A stretch of DNA of 64,000 bases from Terriglobia bacterium (GCA_963666975.2 CAXVYR010000004.1:2176001-2240000); one strand, 5' to 3'; counted from the stretch's first letter, positions 39,326 through 50,253 are shown. Made by a program: numbers and translations. The notes: a model not told the origin generated them from the sequence alone.

Positions 39326-39471
39326 AGACATTCAAGTCGAACACAACCTCGGTGGAAGATGCTCGGCCTAAGATCGAGTCGTCCGGCGCTTCTGTGGACT
39401 GACCTGCTGCGTGAGCCGATGTCGCAGCAGCGCGCACTTCTGGGACCGCGTCTAAATCAGGTTTCTTCGCC

Positions 39472-41136
39472 TCAACTAAACATTCCGAATCCCAACCTTC
39501 GGCTCCATGCCCAGCGCCATAGGAACATGGCCAGGATGGCCATAGCCACGCCAGTGATCAGGGTGCTCCACAACGCCAGGTTCCAAAAAACAGCGGGGTC
39601 AATTGTCGTAGCCTCCTCGTAACGTTGCTGGGAGACTACAACAAACCCGGTATCTCCAATTAGCGCGAACCCGGCGATCCAACGTCCCTCGTAACCTTTA
39701 TCAGCCGACGAAACAGGGTCTTGGTAATCATCCACCGGAGGAATCCCCAAATCGTCTGTGTCAGAGCCAGGCGCTGGTTTGAGTTCGATCAGGCTTGTAT
39801 CTGGGAATTCGACGGCTGGAACCCCATGCCGATAGGCAGGATGAAAGAGGACGACATATTTGCCCAGGCTGCTTTCCGGGCCGGCTTCTGCGCTGTCAAT
39901 ATCTCTGGGCGCGATGAGCGCCACATCGGAACGCTCGGTAATCACAAGGCCCATGGTTGCGTCAGTAGCAACTGAGATGGCTATGACCCCAAGGAAACTC
40001 CCTTCGGCATCCAGGATCGGCGCTGAAATTGCAAACTTGTAAAGATCGTCACTCCGGCCACGGTAAACGCGCGAGATGTAGACCTCCCCGCTGCGGCCCT
40101 GATCACCCAGCCTCTTTTAGTCCCGCCACGCGACGTTCAGCCCAATGACATCTATGACGTCAGTCGCGTTAGTCGCGTGCGCCACCAGGATGGCATCTGC
40201 ATCAACGATATAGCAGCTCGCGAAAGGGCTGGGTTGACCGCTGCACATGTCATCCAGAATCGGCTGCAAGCCAGGGCGGTCGTCTCTTGCCAGCAAAACC
40301 GCCAGGCGTTCGTCCGCGACCGCCATCTCAACGCTCCTGCTCAAAGAGCCTAATTGCAGGAGCGCGGTGGTGGCTAAATCCTTTGCGGCAAGGCGATTGC
40401 TTTCGAGGGCTGCTTTGAGAAGGGCTCCTTTGCGAGCCTGGGCGACCGAGAGAGCCATTACAATAGCGAGTATCGAAATTGCGCCAACTGCCGCCACCAA
40501 GCTCGCCAGAACAGGGTTTCTCCGGCGCCAGCGAACGAAGCGTTCGCGTCGTCTTAAAGGCAGCGCTATTGTTTCTTCCCCAGCTTGGTAGCGGGCGAGG
40601 TCTCGCGCCAGAGCATTGGCGGAGGCATAGCGCTGATCTTTGTCCTTGCTGAGGCACTTCAGACAGATGGCTTCCAATTCTCTATCTACATTTGGATTGA
40701 TGTTGCTGGGCGGTTCGGGAAGTTCCTCTCGCACCAGCCGCAAGGTTTCCTGGACTGTCTCACCCTGAAAAGGCGGCCTGCTTGTAAGCAGCGCATACAA
40801 TACCGCTCCCAGCTCGTACACGTCACTCGCGGTGGTTAATTCCCTGTCACCAGCAGCCTGTTCCGGGGACATGAAACTGGCCGTGCCGGCAATTGCGCCC
40901 GACGCCGATGAGCTAGCCTCTTCTCCCAAGCGCATGGCCAAACCAAAGTCAGTGACATGGGGCTTGCCTTCTTCGTCTAGCAGGATGTTGCCAGGCTTCA
41001 GGTCATTGTGCAGAACGCGTCTCTGATGAGCATGGTGCACCGCTTGGGCCACCGTCTCCAGCAAGTTGGCAGCCTCGTTTCCCGCAGCGATCTCCCCGAG
41101 AAGCATTGTGATTTCTTCCTGTGGTTCTTCCGGCAT
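39472..41136 (-). pseudogene. Decayed Ser/Thr kinase with extracellular Cache-like domain, fused to an ECF-sigma-like N-terminus
   Basis: MPEEPQEEITMLLGEIAAGNEAA runs straight into HNDLKPGNILL/DFGLA, so the kinase N-lobe is missing. An in-frame TAA is at 40117-40119, after which the frame continues to 39472. Confidence 0.75.
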
Positions 41137-41520
41137 GGATACCGTTACCCCTGGAGAAACGAACAAAATAGCGTTATGCAGGATGAGATCTTTCTGTCCA
41201 ACATGGCCCGCCCTCCCGAGAAACAGGAATGCGTGTAGCTCTTTGATCCAGGACATTTGGAGAGTCACGGAACAGCTTACAGCAACTCCTGTTCTACGAC
41301 TATATGCGAACAATTACTGCTAAACCCGTAATGCGGTTTTCCCCTTATACAAGCAGTCGGCAACCCACAGAAAAGCCGTAGCTTAACAGGTTGTTGAATC
41401 GCCTTAGGGAAATAGCAAGCCAGCTTTACGGGTTCCGGGCCGAATCTTCGCATGTAGTGGTGAATGCGGCAGATTCATGCGGAGCAGATCACGAAAACAC
41501 AGAACCAAAGGAGGATTACG

Positions 41521-42306
41521 ATGACCAACGAAATAGCCTATAACGAGCAATTGACAATCGGCGATAAGCTGTGAGGCCAGACCGCGCTCGAAGCAGATCG
41601 GAGCGAGGTTATCAAGAAAACCTATCTGTGATAAGCTGTGAGGCCAGACCGCGCTCGAAGCAGATCGGAGCGAGGTTATCAAGAAAACCTATCTGTTGCT
41701 GGCGCTCAGTGTTGCTGCTGGCATCGTGGGAGGCGCGGTTGGCGCAAGCTCGCCGGCGATGGTTCAACTGTTTTCCGGATGGATGGGCTGGATTCTTGCC
41801 ATGGTTGTGCTGAACGTAATGCCACAAATTGCCATGGCAGCTCGGCGGGATCCGATCCTAGGCGTCACTGCGCTGGTAGCGGACGGGTTTGTGTCAGGGC
41901 TGGTTCTGGCTCCCATGCTTTATCTTGCCAGTGTCATCGCGCCCGGAGTCGTGCAAACCGCGTTGCTGCTGACCGCTATTGTTTTCGGCGGCGTGACGTG
42001 CTATGTCATGACCACGCGGAAAACGTATTCCGCGCCGCGCGGCCTGATGACGGGCATTTTCTTCAGTATCGTCGGCGTTATCGTCTTGAACGGTTTTCTG
42101 CACTTCGGTATTGTGAGCATGCTGATTGCTGGCGCCATCGGGATTTTCGGCGTCTTTGTGCTGGTTCACGCCACCAGCGAGGTGTTGAACAACCCCGAGG
42201 CCGATAGCCCGATTCTGTGCGCCTTGATGCTGTTCGCCGGTCTGTTCAACGTCTTCGTCGCCGCTCTCATATTTTGCTATCGCTGGCCGAGAATGTGGAT
42301 GAGTGA
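41521..42306 (+). pseudogene. Bax inhibitor-1/YccA family protein (in-frame TGA, 67-bp duplication, 3' frameshift)
   Basis: GGAGG RBS. MTNEIAYNEQLTIGDKL*GQ...IKKTYLLLALS followed by multiple TM helices. The natural end ILLSLAENVDE* is in another frame. Confidence 0.75.
41563..41696. repeat. 67-bp perfect tandem duplication
   Basis: GATAAGCTGTGAGGCCAG...CCTATCTGT at 41563 and 41630. Confidence 0.95.
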
Positions 42307-42355
42307 TGGCGACTACCATGGGGACTGCGATTTGAATTTCGAGGGAGGGAGAGTG

Positions 42356-43594
42356 ATGACCCAGAAGAAACGGCTATCCTGGCTTGCAGCGTTTCTTCCA
42401 GGCATTCTGGTGGTCGCCACCGGCGTGGGGGCGGGCGATCTGCTGACCGCCACTCTGGCGGGTTCTGAAGTCGGGCTGGCTCTGCTCTGGGCGGCGGCGG
42501 CGGGCGCTCTGCTAAAGTGGACCCTCAACGAGGGGATCGCACGCTGGCAGATGTCCACCGACACGACCTTGCTCGAAGGTTGGATGCTCCGCCTGGGAGG
42601 CTGGACACAGTGGGTCTTCATGCCCTATTTCTTCTTGTGGACGTTCATGGTGGGCGGCGCGCTGGTGAACGCTTGTGGCGTGGCTGGCGCCAGTCTGCTG
42701 CCGCTGGGCGACATGGAGATCTCCAAGATTATTTGGGGCATTGCTCACTCACTAGCAGGCTTGGTGTTGGTCTGGTGGGGAGGGTATAAGGTTTTTGAAA
42801 AGATGATGGCGGCATGTATTGCCGTAATGTTCGTCGGCGTCCTGCTGACGGCGGTGCTGATCGGGCCGGACTGGGGGGCCGTGCTCCGTGGCGTCCTGAT
42901 CCCCACTATTCCACCGGGCAGCACGCTCTGGATATTGGGAGTTCTCGGCGGCGTGGGAGGGACCGTCACCCTGCTTGCTTATGGATATTTCCTGCGCGAG
43001 ATAGGCCGCAAAGGCGAGAGTGGCCTGAAGGTCAGCCGGATTGACTTGGGAGTTGCCTATGGGCTCACGGCGCTGTTCGGCATGGCGATGATCATCATCG
43101 GGTCGCGGATCACAATCGAAGGCGGGGGAACAGGGCTATTCCTGGAGATCGCCGGGCAGTTGGAACTGGTGCTGGGGCCGGCAGGCAAGTGGCTGTTCCT
43201 GGCCGGGGCCTGGGGGGCGGTCTTTTCCAGCTTGCTGGGAGTTTGGTATGTCTCCCCCTACATTTTTGCGGACTTCATTGCCCTGCGCCGGGGCATGGCG
43301 CCCGGGGAGTACGAGAAGCTGGAACTTCCGAAGACTTGGTCCTACCGCGCCTACCTGATTGGAATTTCCATCGTCCCGTTGGCGCTGTTGTGGTTATCGG
43401 TGCGGCAGATTCAGCTTGCCTATGCCGTCATGGGCGCGCTGTTCATGCCGCTGCTGGCCCTGACGCTGCTGATAATGAACAACCGCGAGTCCTGGGTCCG
43501 CGCGTGGTTCCGCAACGGCCGGTTTATTAACGCCGTATTAGTCATCACGCTGTTGTTCTTTACCTATATCGGCATCCGGCAACTGGGAGGGTAA
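42356..43594 (+). CDS. Nramp/MntH-like (APC superfamily) divalent metal transporter
   Basis: PGILVVATGVGAGDL, EG..RW and about 11 TM helices. It has its own GGAGG RBS. Confidence 0.85.
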   Translation: MTQKKRLSWLAAFLPGILVVATGVGAGDLLTATLAGSEVGLALLWAAAAGALLKWTLNEGIARWQMSTDTTLLEGWMLRLGGWTQWVFMPYFFLWTFMVGGALVNACGVAGASLLPLGDMEISKIIWGIAHSLAGLVLVWWGGYKVFEKMMAACIAVMFVGVLLTAVLIGPDWGAVLRGVLIPTIPPGSTLWILGVLGGVGGTVTLLAYGYFLREIGRKGESGLKVSRIDLGVAYGLTALFGMAMIIIGSRITIEGGGTGLFLEIAGQLELVLGPAGKWLFLAGAWGAVFSSLLGVWYVSPYIFADFIALRRGMAPGEYEKLELPKTWSYRAYLIGISIVPLALLWLSVRQIQLAYAVMGALFMPLLALTLLIMNNRESWVRAWFRNGRFINAVLVITLLFFTYIGIRQLGG

Positions 43595-43664
43595 TGTTCC
43601 CCCCTCTGCGGATAGGCGGCGCAGGTGACTGTTCCCCTTCTACTTCCCGAACTTTGTTTACGCG

Positions 43665-43760
43665 CTACGGAGCGTAGTAATTCTCCAGGGGTTTTGTCTC
43701 CCATGTCACCGGCCCGACCGGCTGCATTCCATTCTCCCCGGCCACGGAAGGCATCAAACG
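43665..43760 (-). pseudogene. Orphan C-terminal tail of a further amidohydrolase paralog
   Basis: RLMPSVAGENGMQPVGPVTWETKPLENYYAP* aligns with HLASSFATETGMQPVGATTW and HLVPSLAREFGMQATG. Confidence 0.7.
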
Positions 43761-43788
43761 GAAGCCGAATCTCGGCGCATCTTTATTA

Positions 43789-45642
43789 TTACCATTGAGC
43801 CGCCGGTCCGCCGAGTTCTACCTGGGCTCCCGTGGCCTGCATGCCGAATTCGCGGGCCAGCGACGGAACCAGGTGTGCCACCTTGCCTCCTACCATCGTC
43901 ATCAACACCCGGACATTCCTAATGTCATCCTCAGGAATGGTCAGGTAATCCCGATCGAGCACAATCAGGTCCGCCAATTTGCCCGGCTCCAGCGATCCCA
44001 ATACGTCCTCCTTCTTCGAGCCATAGGCCCCCCACAGCGTCGCGGACTTCAACATTGCCCGGCGATCCACCCCCTGTTGCGGCGCGGTAACGTTGCCGTC
44101 CCAATCCTTCCGTGTCACCCCGGAATACAGAACATGGAAGAGGGTCAGATTGGTGGAAGCAATCGCCCGGTCCAACTCCATGCTGTTGATAATCCCAGCG
44201 TCATTGAGACTCTTCCGGGGAACCACCTGCATCGCCCCTCGTTCGCCGTAGTCTCTCAGAATATCCTGGCCCCTGGCCTCCCAGATGTAGAAGTCCCAAC
44301 CGCTGGTCATTATGCCCAGCTTCTGGAAGCGGGGGATCTGGTCGGGACGAGGATACATGGCCATGTGCTCGGTGACGTGTCGTTTGGATCGAATCTCTTC
44401 CAGTGTCATGCCGGCATCTTTCCCCGCCTTCTCGATGATGTCCAGGATCAGGTCTATCTCTCCGTCCGCCATGATATGGTCCCCCGATAACCGGCCGCCA
44501 GCTTTCATATACTCGTAAAAGGCACGCGAAACGAGCGGGTCTTCGAAGAGGCAGGGACGCTCCCGCTGCTTGACCTCAGGCGAGGTGCCGGGCAGTTTGC
44601 TGCAGTTCCCGCCCATGCGAGGCGTCATGCCATTCACCCATAAATAGTCGGAACCCCGGCCTTCTTGAGCCGCTACAGCCTCAACAAAGTAAGGATCCTG
44701 AAAAAAATCGTTCCTATAAGGCCAGTACCAACCCCAACCCATGCGGATGGCCATTTTCCCTTGGCGTTCCAACCGGTTGTAGGCACGGATTGCACCCCCC
44801 GTGTAGAGGGAAGTTGCGTTCAGGGTTTGACCGTAGCCAGCCATCCAGGACAACCCCAGACGATAAATCTCCGCCAACACATCCGGCGGGAAACCTGCAT
44901 CCTGCTCGATATAGCGATAACAAGTGCTGCAAACTCCCCTTTCTGCATCCTGCGGGGGAATGGGCTTGATCAGAAACTTTTCCCACTGGTCGCCGTAATA
45001 CTTCTTGGTCTCTTCGACGACTTTCTCGTTAAATAAAGTCCCCACAAAGTTGGTGCGCACAACCACCGGATTGTTGGGCGCCGCCAGGTCCAGCATTTCC
45101 TTGGTGAGTTGCCGTCCCAAGAACGCGGTAATTTCTTCTCTCCAGCGGTAGTCCTTTCCGAACAACATCACAATTCGGACCCACTGGCCCGGCTTTGCCT
45201 TTCGAACCGCCTCCTCCAATACGCGAGGGAATTGCTGGAGCTGCTGCTGCGGGGGCGCATCCAGAAAACGGTGGACCATGATGTCGTCGGTAACAACCTT
45301 CTTCATGATGTAAGGATTCAGCGGGTCCCAGTCCTGGGGATGATCGTGGGTGAGCGCGATGCCCGGCATGACCATCCTGCCCTTCAGGTCATAGGACTTG
45401 GTGTTGCTGCCCGCCAGGCGACGAACCTGAGAATCGCTTCCCACGGCAACAATCTTTCCGTCCTGAAGCGCAATCGCCTGAGCCGAAGTGCCCAAGTTCG
45501 AATTGACCTCATGGTTGTCCACCGTCACGATCTTTCCATTGTGGAGAATGGTATCCGGACCTTGCTGGGCCCGAAGAAGATCCTGTCCAGTCCAGATTAG
45601 CCACATCATTAGCGCAAATCGCAGAATCCATCGGCTTTTCAT
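43789..45642 (-). CDS. Exported amidohydrolase-3 (YtcJ-like) family protein
   Basis: Signal peptide, NGKIVTVD, DLKGR.V.PG...THDH, EH and GSLEPGKLADLIVLD. Confidence 0.9.
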   Translation of the reverse strand: MKSRWILRFALMMWLIWTGQDLLRAQQGPDTILHNGKIVTVDNHEVNSNLGTSAQAIALQDGKIVAVGSDSQVRRLAGSNTKSYDLKGRMVMPGIALTHDHPQDWDPLNPYIMKKVVTDDIMVHRFLDAPPQQQLQQFPRVLEEAVRKAKPGQWVRIVMLFGKDYRWREEITAFLGRQLTKEMLDLAAPNNPVVVRTNFVGTLFNEKVVEETKKYYGDQWEKFLIKPIPPQDAERGVCSTCYRYIEQDAGFPPDVLAEIYRLGLSWMAGYGQTLNATSLYTGGAIRAYNRLERQGKMAIRMGWGWYWPYRNDFFQDPYFVEAVAAQEGRGSDYLWVNGMTPRMGGNCSKLPGTSPEVKQRERPCLFEDPLVSRAFYEYMKAGGRLSGDHIMADGEIDLILDIIEKAGKDAGMTLEEIRSKRHVTEHMAMYPRPDQIPRFQKLGIMTSGWDFYIWEARGQDILRDYGERGAMQVVPRKSLNDAGIINSMELDRAIASTNLTLFHVLYSGVTRKDWDGNVTAPQQGVDRRAMLKSATLWGAYGSKKEDVLGSLEPGKLADLIVLDRDYLTIPEDDIRNVRVLMTMVGGKVAHLVPSLAREFGMQATGAQVELGGPAAQW

Positions 45643-45908
45643 TATTCACTCATCCTTTCATCACTTACTTTTGCCATCATGTTCGAAGATCGATTGCCCG
45701 GACGGTTTCGCTGACTTCACCTTAACAACATCCAGTATGCTAAGTCAAACAATGCGCTGCAAGTATCCCAAAACAACTCCTGACCCCAACCAACACCAGC
45801 CGAAGCGAGGTTTGTATCACGGCAGAATGCCCCCCTAGACTCCAATGGCCGGGAGCAAAAATTCTCTATTCGAAAACAGCGACCCATTCGAACCGGGTTT
45901 TTCCCGCT

Positions 45909-46877
45909 CTACCAGCCAGGCGGGATCTTGTCATTCCATGTGGTCGCGCCTACGGGTTGCATCCCGGTCTCAGTGGCAAAGGAAGAAGCTAGATGCACGA
46001 CCTTCCCTCCTACGGCCGACATCAGCACGCGAATGCTTGGGATCTGCTCCTCCGGGATGGTCAGGAAATCTTTATCCAACACAATAAAATCCGCAAGCTT
46101 ACCCGGTTCGAGCGTTCCCAACAGGTCTTCCCGCAAGATGTAATAGGACCCCCAGCGGGTCAGGGCCTTCAACTGGATAATCCTGTCCGTCCTTTGATCC
46201 GCTCCATTCTATCCCTGTATTCCCGCCCGGGGTCCAAAACGCATCGCGAAAGGCTGTCTGCGGCCTCCTGCCCGTGAGTTGCCACCCAATCCGGCCGAAC
46301 GGGGACGCTCATACAGTTCGTGCCGGATCTGCCCCACGCCCCCACTAACCAGAGGTGATCGGTGCCGTGCCCCTGGATGGCTGCCAAATACCGCAACGTA
46401 TCTACGTCCCAGTTGGGCCCCGTATAGCCCCAGGCGAAGCGGCCCGGCATTTCTCCCTTCCGGTCCAGGTAGTCCAGAGCATGTAAGTTCCGGTAGGCAT
46501 AGGGAGAGGAACCGAAGGTCGTGATCCCCCAGCTCGCCCACAACTCCATTTCCGCCTTCAGAATCTCGGCGAGCAGCGGCAGCTTGTCCTGGAGCATCAC
46601 ATCGGGTTCCACCGGCCGGTTGAAGCTAAAACCCGAGCTCAACCATTGTTCGATAGCCGGCGTACTATTCTCTACGCCATTGGTAAATACGGATAGCGTA
46701 GGGTGGACCTCGCGCAGCGCGTCAATGGCTTTCTGGTTGACCACGGAAAAAATAAACCCGCTCTTCACCTTCAATGGGTTGTTCGGAGCCAACTGATCCA
46801 GCCACGTCCACCTGCTGGGCCCGTCCCCCCGCGCTGCATAGAATTACGGCTATCACCAGAGTGAATGTTTTCTTTAT
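45909..46877 (-). pseudogene. Amidohydrolase paralog with ATG>ATA start and two internal deletions
   Basis: ATA-KKTFTLVIAVIL signal peptide, jump to WLDQLAPNNP, second jump to QRTDRIIQLKALTRWG...GTLEPGKLADF. Confidence 0.8.
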
Positions 46878-46911
46878 CCCGCTGATCTCCGCATCAAAAA
46901 ACTGACCCACG

Positions 46912-46958
46912 AAAAAAGGCGCTTCCTAAATGAGGAATCCCCCATTTTGAAAGCGCCT
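46912..46958 (-). terminator. Terminator-like hairpin between TBDR and amidohydrolase
   Basis: AGGCGCTT...AAGCGCCT-TTTTT on the minus strand. Confidence 0.7.
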
Positions 46959-46959
46959 C

Positions 46960-47017
46960 CTTTTCTCTTCTCTTTCTTTTCTTCTCTTTCTCTTCTTCTC
47001 TTTCTCTTCTTCTCTTT
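46960..47017. repeat. Polypyrimidine 14-bp tandem repeat
   Basis: About 3.5 copies of CTTCTCTTTCTCTT; the tract contains only C and T. Confidence 0.85.
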
Positions 47018-47040
47018 AGGCCCTCAGAACTATCGGCCCA

Positions 47041-50000
47041 TCAAAAGGTGAACTTCAACCCGAACTGAATCTGCCGCGACACGTTGAGCGTGTTGCTGAC
47101 CCTTCCCGCAGAGCCGACATCAATGAACGCGCCCGGACGGGCAAAAGTGGGACGATTGAAGATATTAAAGAACTCCGACCGGAATTCCAAGTTCATCTGC
47201 TCGCCAAAGGAAAAGTTCTTTCCCAACACCAAGTCGACGTTGTTGACTCCCGGGCCTGAAATGGTGTTTTTAGCCACGTTGCCTAAGAATCCACGCTCCT
47301 GGAGTACAAAAGCACTCGGGTCAAAGTAATTGTCAGGACCTCCCAAAACGGGGTTATTGGTGGATCCCGCTTGATCCGGGCGGCTAGTAAAACGAGCCGA
47401 ACCATTTTCGTGTCGCTGGGCACGCGTTAGTGCGGAAAATGGGTTGCCGTCCGAGAGCTTCAAGATTCCATTTACTTGCCAACCTCCTAACACTGCTTGC
47501 GCGACACCGCTCTGGAAGGCTGGGGTTGGTATCTCGTAAGAGAAATTGAGAATAAATCTGTTTCTTGTGTCGAAATCGGACAATCCTCGCTCGCTCTTGT
47601 GGTCATCCGGGTCCGGTCCTCCAGAGGCGCCATTTCCGTTATTCCCAACCTGATCCCACCTGTCATAACCTTCATCAATCGACTTGGAGAACGTGTAGGC
47701 GACCCCGAACTGTAATCCCCGGCTGAAGCGGCGATCCAGATTCACCTGCAGGGAGTTGTAAAAGGATTGAGCCCAGCTGGATTGGCGAGCATCGTTCGCA
47801 AAGTTGGGATTGCGCCGGCTAGTGGGGCCGTTAGGGCAGCTTGGGTTTCCGCCTGTGTAGTTGAAGCACTTGCGGCCATCGGAAAGGATGGTGGGTTGCT
47901 TGATATTGGCGGTTCTCATCATCAACAGGTGATTTCCCCTGGATCCGGCATAAGACACCTTTAACGAGGTTCCCTCCATAATCTCCCGCTGGACGGTCAG
48001 GTTGTACTGCATGATATAGGGGTGGTCGAGGTCAAAATCGTTGACTTGCAACGACGGCACCCCGCTAACAGCAGGGTCGACCCCTCTGTAGACTCCCAAG
48101 AAGGACGGGTTTGTGACGCTCCCAATACTGAAAAAAGGAGGGTTGCGAACCGAATTGATGAACCAAACGTTGGAAAGCAGATACTGCCGGAACATCCCGA
48201 ATCCCCCTCGGAGAGCGGTTTTGCCGTCCCCCCGCATATCCCAGGCAAAGCCAACGCGAGGCTGGAAATTTAGCCACTGGTCGGCTTGCTTAAAGAACGG
48301 TCCGATCGTGACCTCGGGGTCCAGGTTGTCCCTGACGTTCGCCAAAAGACCTTGGTTTTCCGTCGGAACAGTTGCCATTTCATATCGCATCCCAAAGTTC
48401 AAGGTGAAGCTCGGTCTGACTTGGTAAGAATCCTCTATGTGGAGACCAAACATAGACTGGCGCATACTGCGGACCGCGCCAGAGCCTATGGCGGCGCCGG
48501 TAAACCGCCGGGTTTCGGCCCTCAAAAAATTCTCCAGCGAACGAAAGAAGTAGCTTCCACCCTGAGAGGTGGGGGCGTTGAGATTGGCCTGATATCGCTT
48601 GATGTTCACTCCCATTTTTAACTGGTGTGCTCCCAGACTGCTGCTGACATCGTCCATGAACTGGAAGTTGTTCGTAATGTAAAGCTTCGGATAATTCCCA
48701 AAACCCCCAATAGACGTATGCGCGCCGCCATCGAACTGTAAGTCGGAACTGTCGCCAAATTGGAAGCCAGGAGTAATATCAAACTGAGACGGCAAAGGCG
48801 TGAAATTGAGTGTGTCGTCAACGCCTTGGAACGCGCGGGCGAACCCAAACCGCGCGGTATTGATCCAGATGGGCGAAAAGATGTGGTTGTGTTCCAACGT
48901 GGCGTACTGCCATCTATATCTTGCCTCCTGAGTGGTTGCGTTGAGTCTACCCGGACCACTAATCGTGGAATTGTCGTAGGTATAGCGGAAAAAAATGTTA
49001 TCGCTATCCGAGATGCGGTGGTCCACCCGCGTCATCCAAAACAATTGATCAGTCGGCTGACTGAAAGCTTGGACAAACTGTCCTGTGCCATCTCCATTAT
49101 TTATCGGGGTGTTCACTCGAGGCACAATCGCCTCGATGTAAGGCGCGATATCCGGATGGACCCCGATGTCGCCAAGACCAGGAAGGATTCCCATCCGGGC
49201 ATTGTCGTCCATGACTGTTTCGTTGGTGTCTTTGGCCAACCGCTCCCGGAGCAGTTCTATTGTTCCGAAAAAGAAAGTCCGGTCTCGGACAATGGGCCCT
49301 CCCGCGGCGCCCCCGAACTGGTTGCGCTTAAACGCTCCTTTGGGCTTCCCGGCCGCATTGAGGAAAAATTGATTGGCATCGAGCGAACTGTTGCGAAGAA
49401 ATTCAAACGCCGAGCCGTGTATCTCATTGGTCCCAGATTGAGTCACCGCATTGACCACCGCGCCGCCCTGGCTGCTGAAGGAGGCGGTGTAGCTATTGGT
49501 CATGACCGAAAACTCTCGAATGGCTTCGATACCCAATCCACCCCCATTCACTGCTCCGGGGACCTGACGGTGAACGTCGGAGACCTCCGTGCCGTCCATC
49601 AGAAACAAATTGGCGGACACCCTGGCCCCGCCGGAGGAGATTCTTTTTCCGGAACCGGTCCCGCCAGGGATAGATCCAGCCGCACCTTGGGAGTTCATCA
49701 CCGGGTTCATGCCGGTTTGCAGCAGTACGAGCTGGGTATAATCGCGGCCATTTAAGGGCAAATCGCGGATCTGTTTATCGTCAACCAGCTGCGACAGGGC
49801 AGAGGTCGTGGTCTCCACCACGGGAGCCTCCCCGGTTATGGTCACGCTTTCCGTGACCGCCCCTACGCTGAGCGTAATATTGATGGTCGCTTCCTGGCCC
49901 ACCGTTAACTGGATGCCAGCGCGAATCGACGCTTGAAACCCCGACAATTCCGCTCTCACGTCATACATTCCTACCTGCAGTTGCCGCAGGTGATAGACAC

Positions 50001-50253
50001 CTCTGGCATCGGTCTCCCCCCTGCGGACGGCTCCCGTGCCGGTGTTATTGGATGTCACGGCCACTCCCGGTATGACCGCCCCGGTGTCGTCGGTCACTGT
50101 GCCGGAAATCGTGGCAGTGGTCATCTGCGAATACCCGGTGGCGAGGAAAAGCACCACGGCAAGAACCGAGGTTGCCGCCGCTTTAGTCAGAGCACCGCCC
50201 TTATCACTGCCTCTATCAACGAGCCGCCTCGAAAAGAATCCATTCCGCTGCAT
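47041..50253 (-). CDS. TonB-dependent receptor, Oar-like, with carboxypeptidase-regulatory-like N-domain
   Basis: TISGTVTD..GAVIPG, LPLNGR, SGTN..HGS.FEF.RN, NQFGG and C-terminal RQIQFGLKFTF. GGAGGG precedes 50253. Confidence 0.93.
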   Translation of the reverse strand: MQRNGFFSRRLVDRGSDKGGALTKAAATSVLAVVLFLATGYSQMTTATISGTVTDDTGAVIPGVAVTSNNTGTGAVRRGETDARGVYHLRQLQVGMYDVRAELSGFQASIRAGIQLTVGQEATINITLSVGAVTESVTITGEAPVVETTTSALSQLVDDKQIRDLPLNGRDYTQLVLLQTGMNPVMNSQGAAGSIPGGTGSGKRISSGGARVSANLFLMDGTEVSDVHRQVPGAVNGGGLGIEAIREFSVMTNSYTASFSSQGGAVVNAVTQSGTNEIHGSAFEFLRNSSLDANQFFLNAAGKPKGAFKRNQFGGAAGGPIVRDRTFFFGTIELLRERLAKDTNETVMDDNARMGILPGLGDIGVHPDIAPYIEAIVPRVNTPINNGDGTGQFVQAFSQPTDQLFWMTRVDHRISDSDNIFFRYTYDNSTISGPGRLNATTQEARYRWQYATLEHNHIFSPIWINTARFGFARAFQGVDDTLNFTPLPSQFDITPGFQFGDSSDLQFDGGAHTSIGGFGNYPKLYITNNFQFMDDVSSSLGAHQLKMGVNIKRYQANLNAPTSQGGSYFFRSLENFLRAETRRFTGAAIGSGAVRSMRQSMFGLHIEDSYQVRPSFTLNFGMRYEMATVPTENQGLLANVRDNLDPEVTIGPFFKQADQWLNFQPRVGFAWDMRGDGKTALRGGFGMFRQYLLSNVWFINSVRNPPFFSIGSVTNPSFLGVYRGVDPAVSGVPSLQVNDFDLDHPYIMQYNLTVQREIMEGTSLKVSYAGSRGNHLLMMRTANIKQPTILSDGRKCFNYTGGNPSCPNGPTSRRNPNFANDARQSSWAQSFYNSLQVNLDRRFSRGLQFGVAYTFSKSIDEGYDRWDQVGNNGNGASGGPDPDDHKSERGLSDFDTRNRFILNFSYEIPTPAFQSGVAQAVLGGWQVNGILKLSDGNPFSALTRAQRHENGSARFTSRPDQAGSTNNPVLGGPDNYFDPSAFVLQERGFLGNVAKNTISGPGVNNVDLVLGKNFSFGEQMNLEFRSEFFNIFNRPTFARPGAFIDVGSAGRVSNTLNVSRQIQFGLKFTF

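Noticed and set aside
41385-41399. TAACAGGTTGTTGAA as an IS terminal repeat
   Set aside because: It is short, with no partner end or transposase nearby, so it cannot be supported.
41696-43594. 632-aa YccA-Nramp fusion ORF as a novel transporter
   Set aside because: A 1-bp deletion near 42270 bypasses the natural YccA stop at 42304-42306. The Nramp part has its own RBS and start, and the YccA 5' end is already broken.
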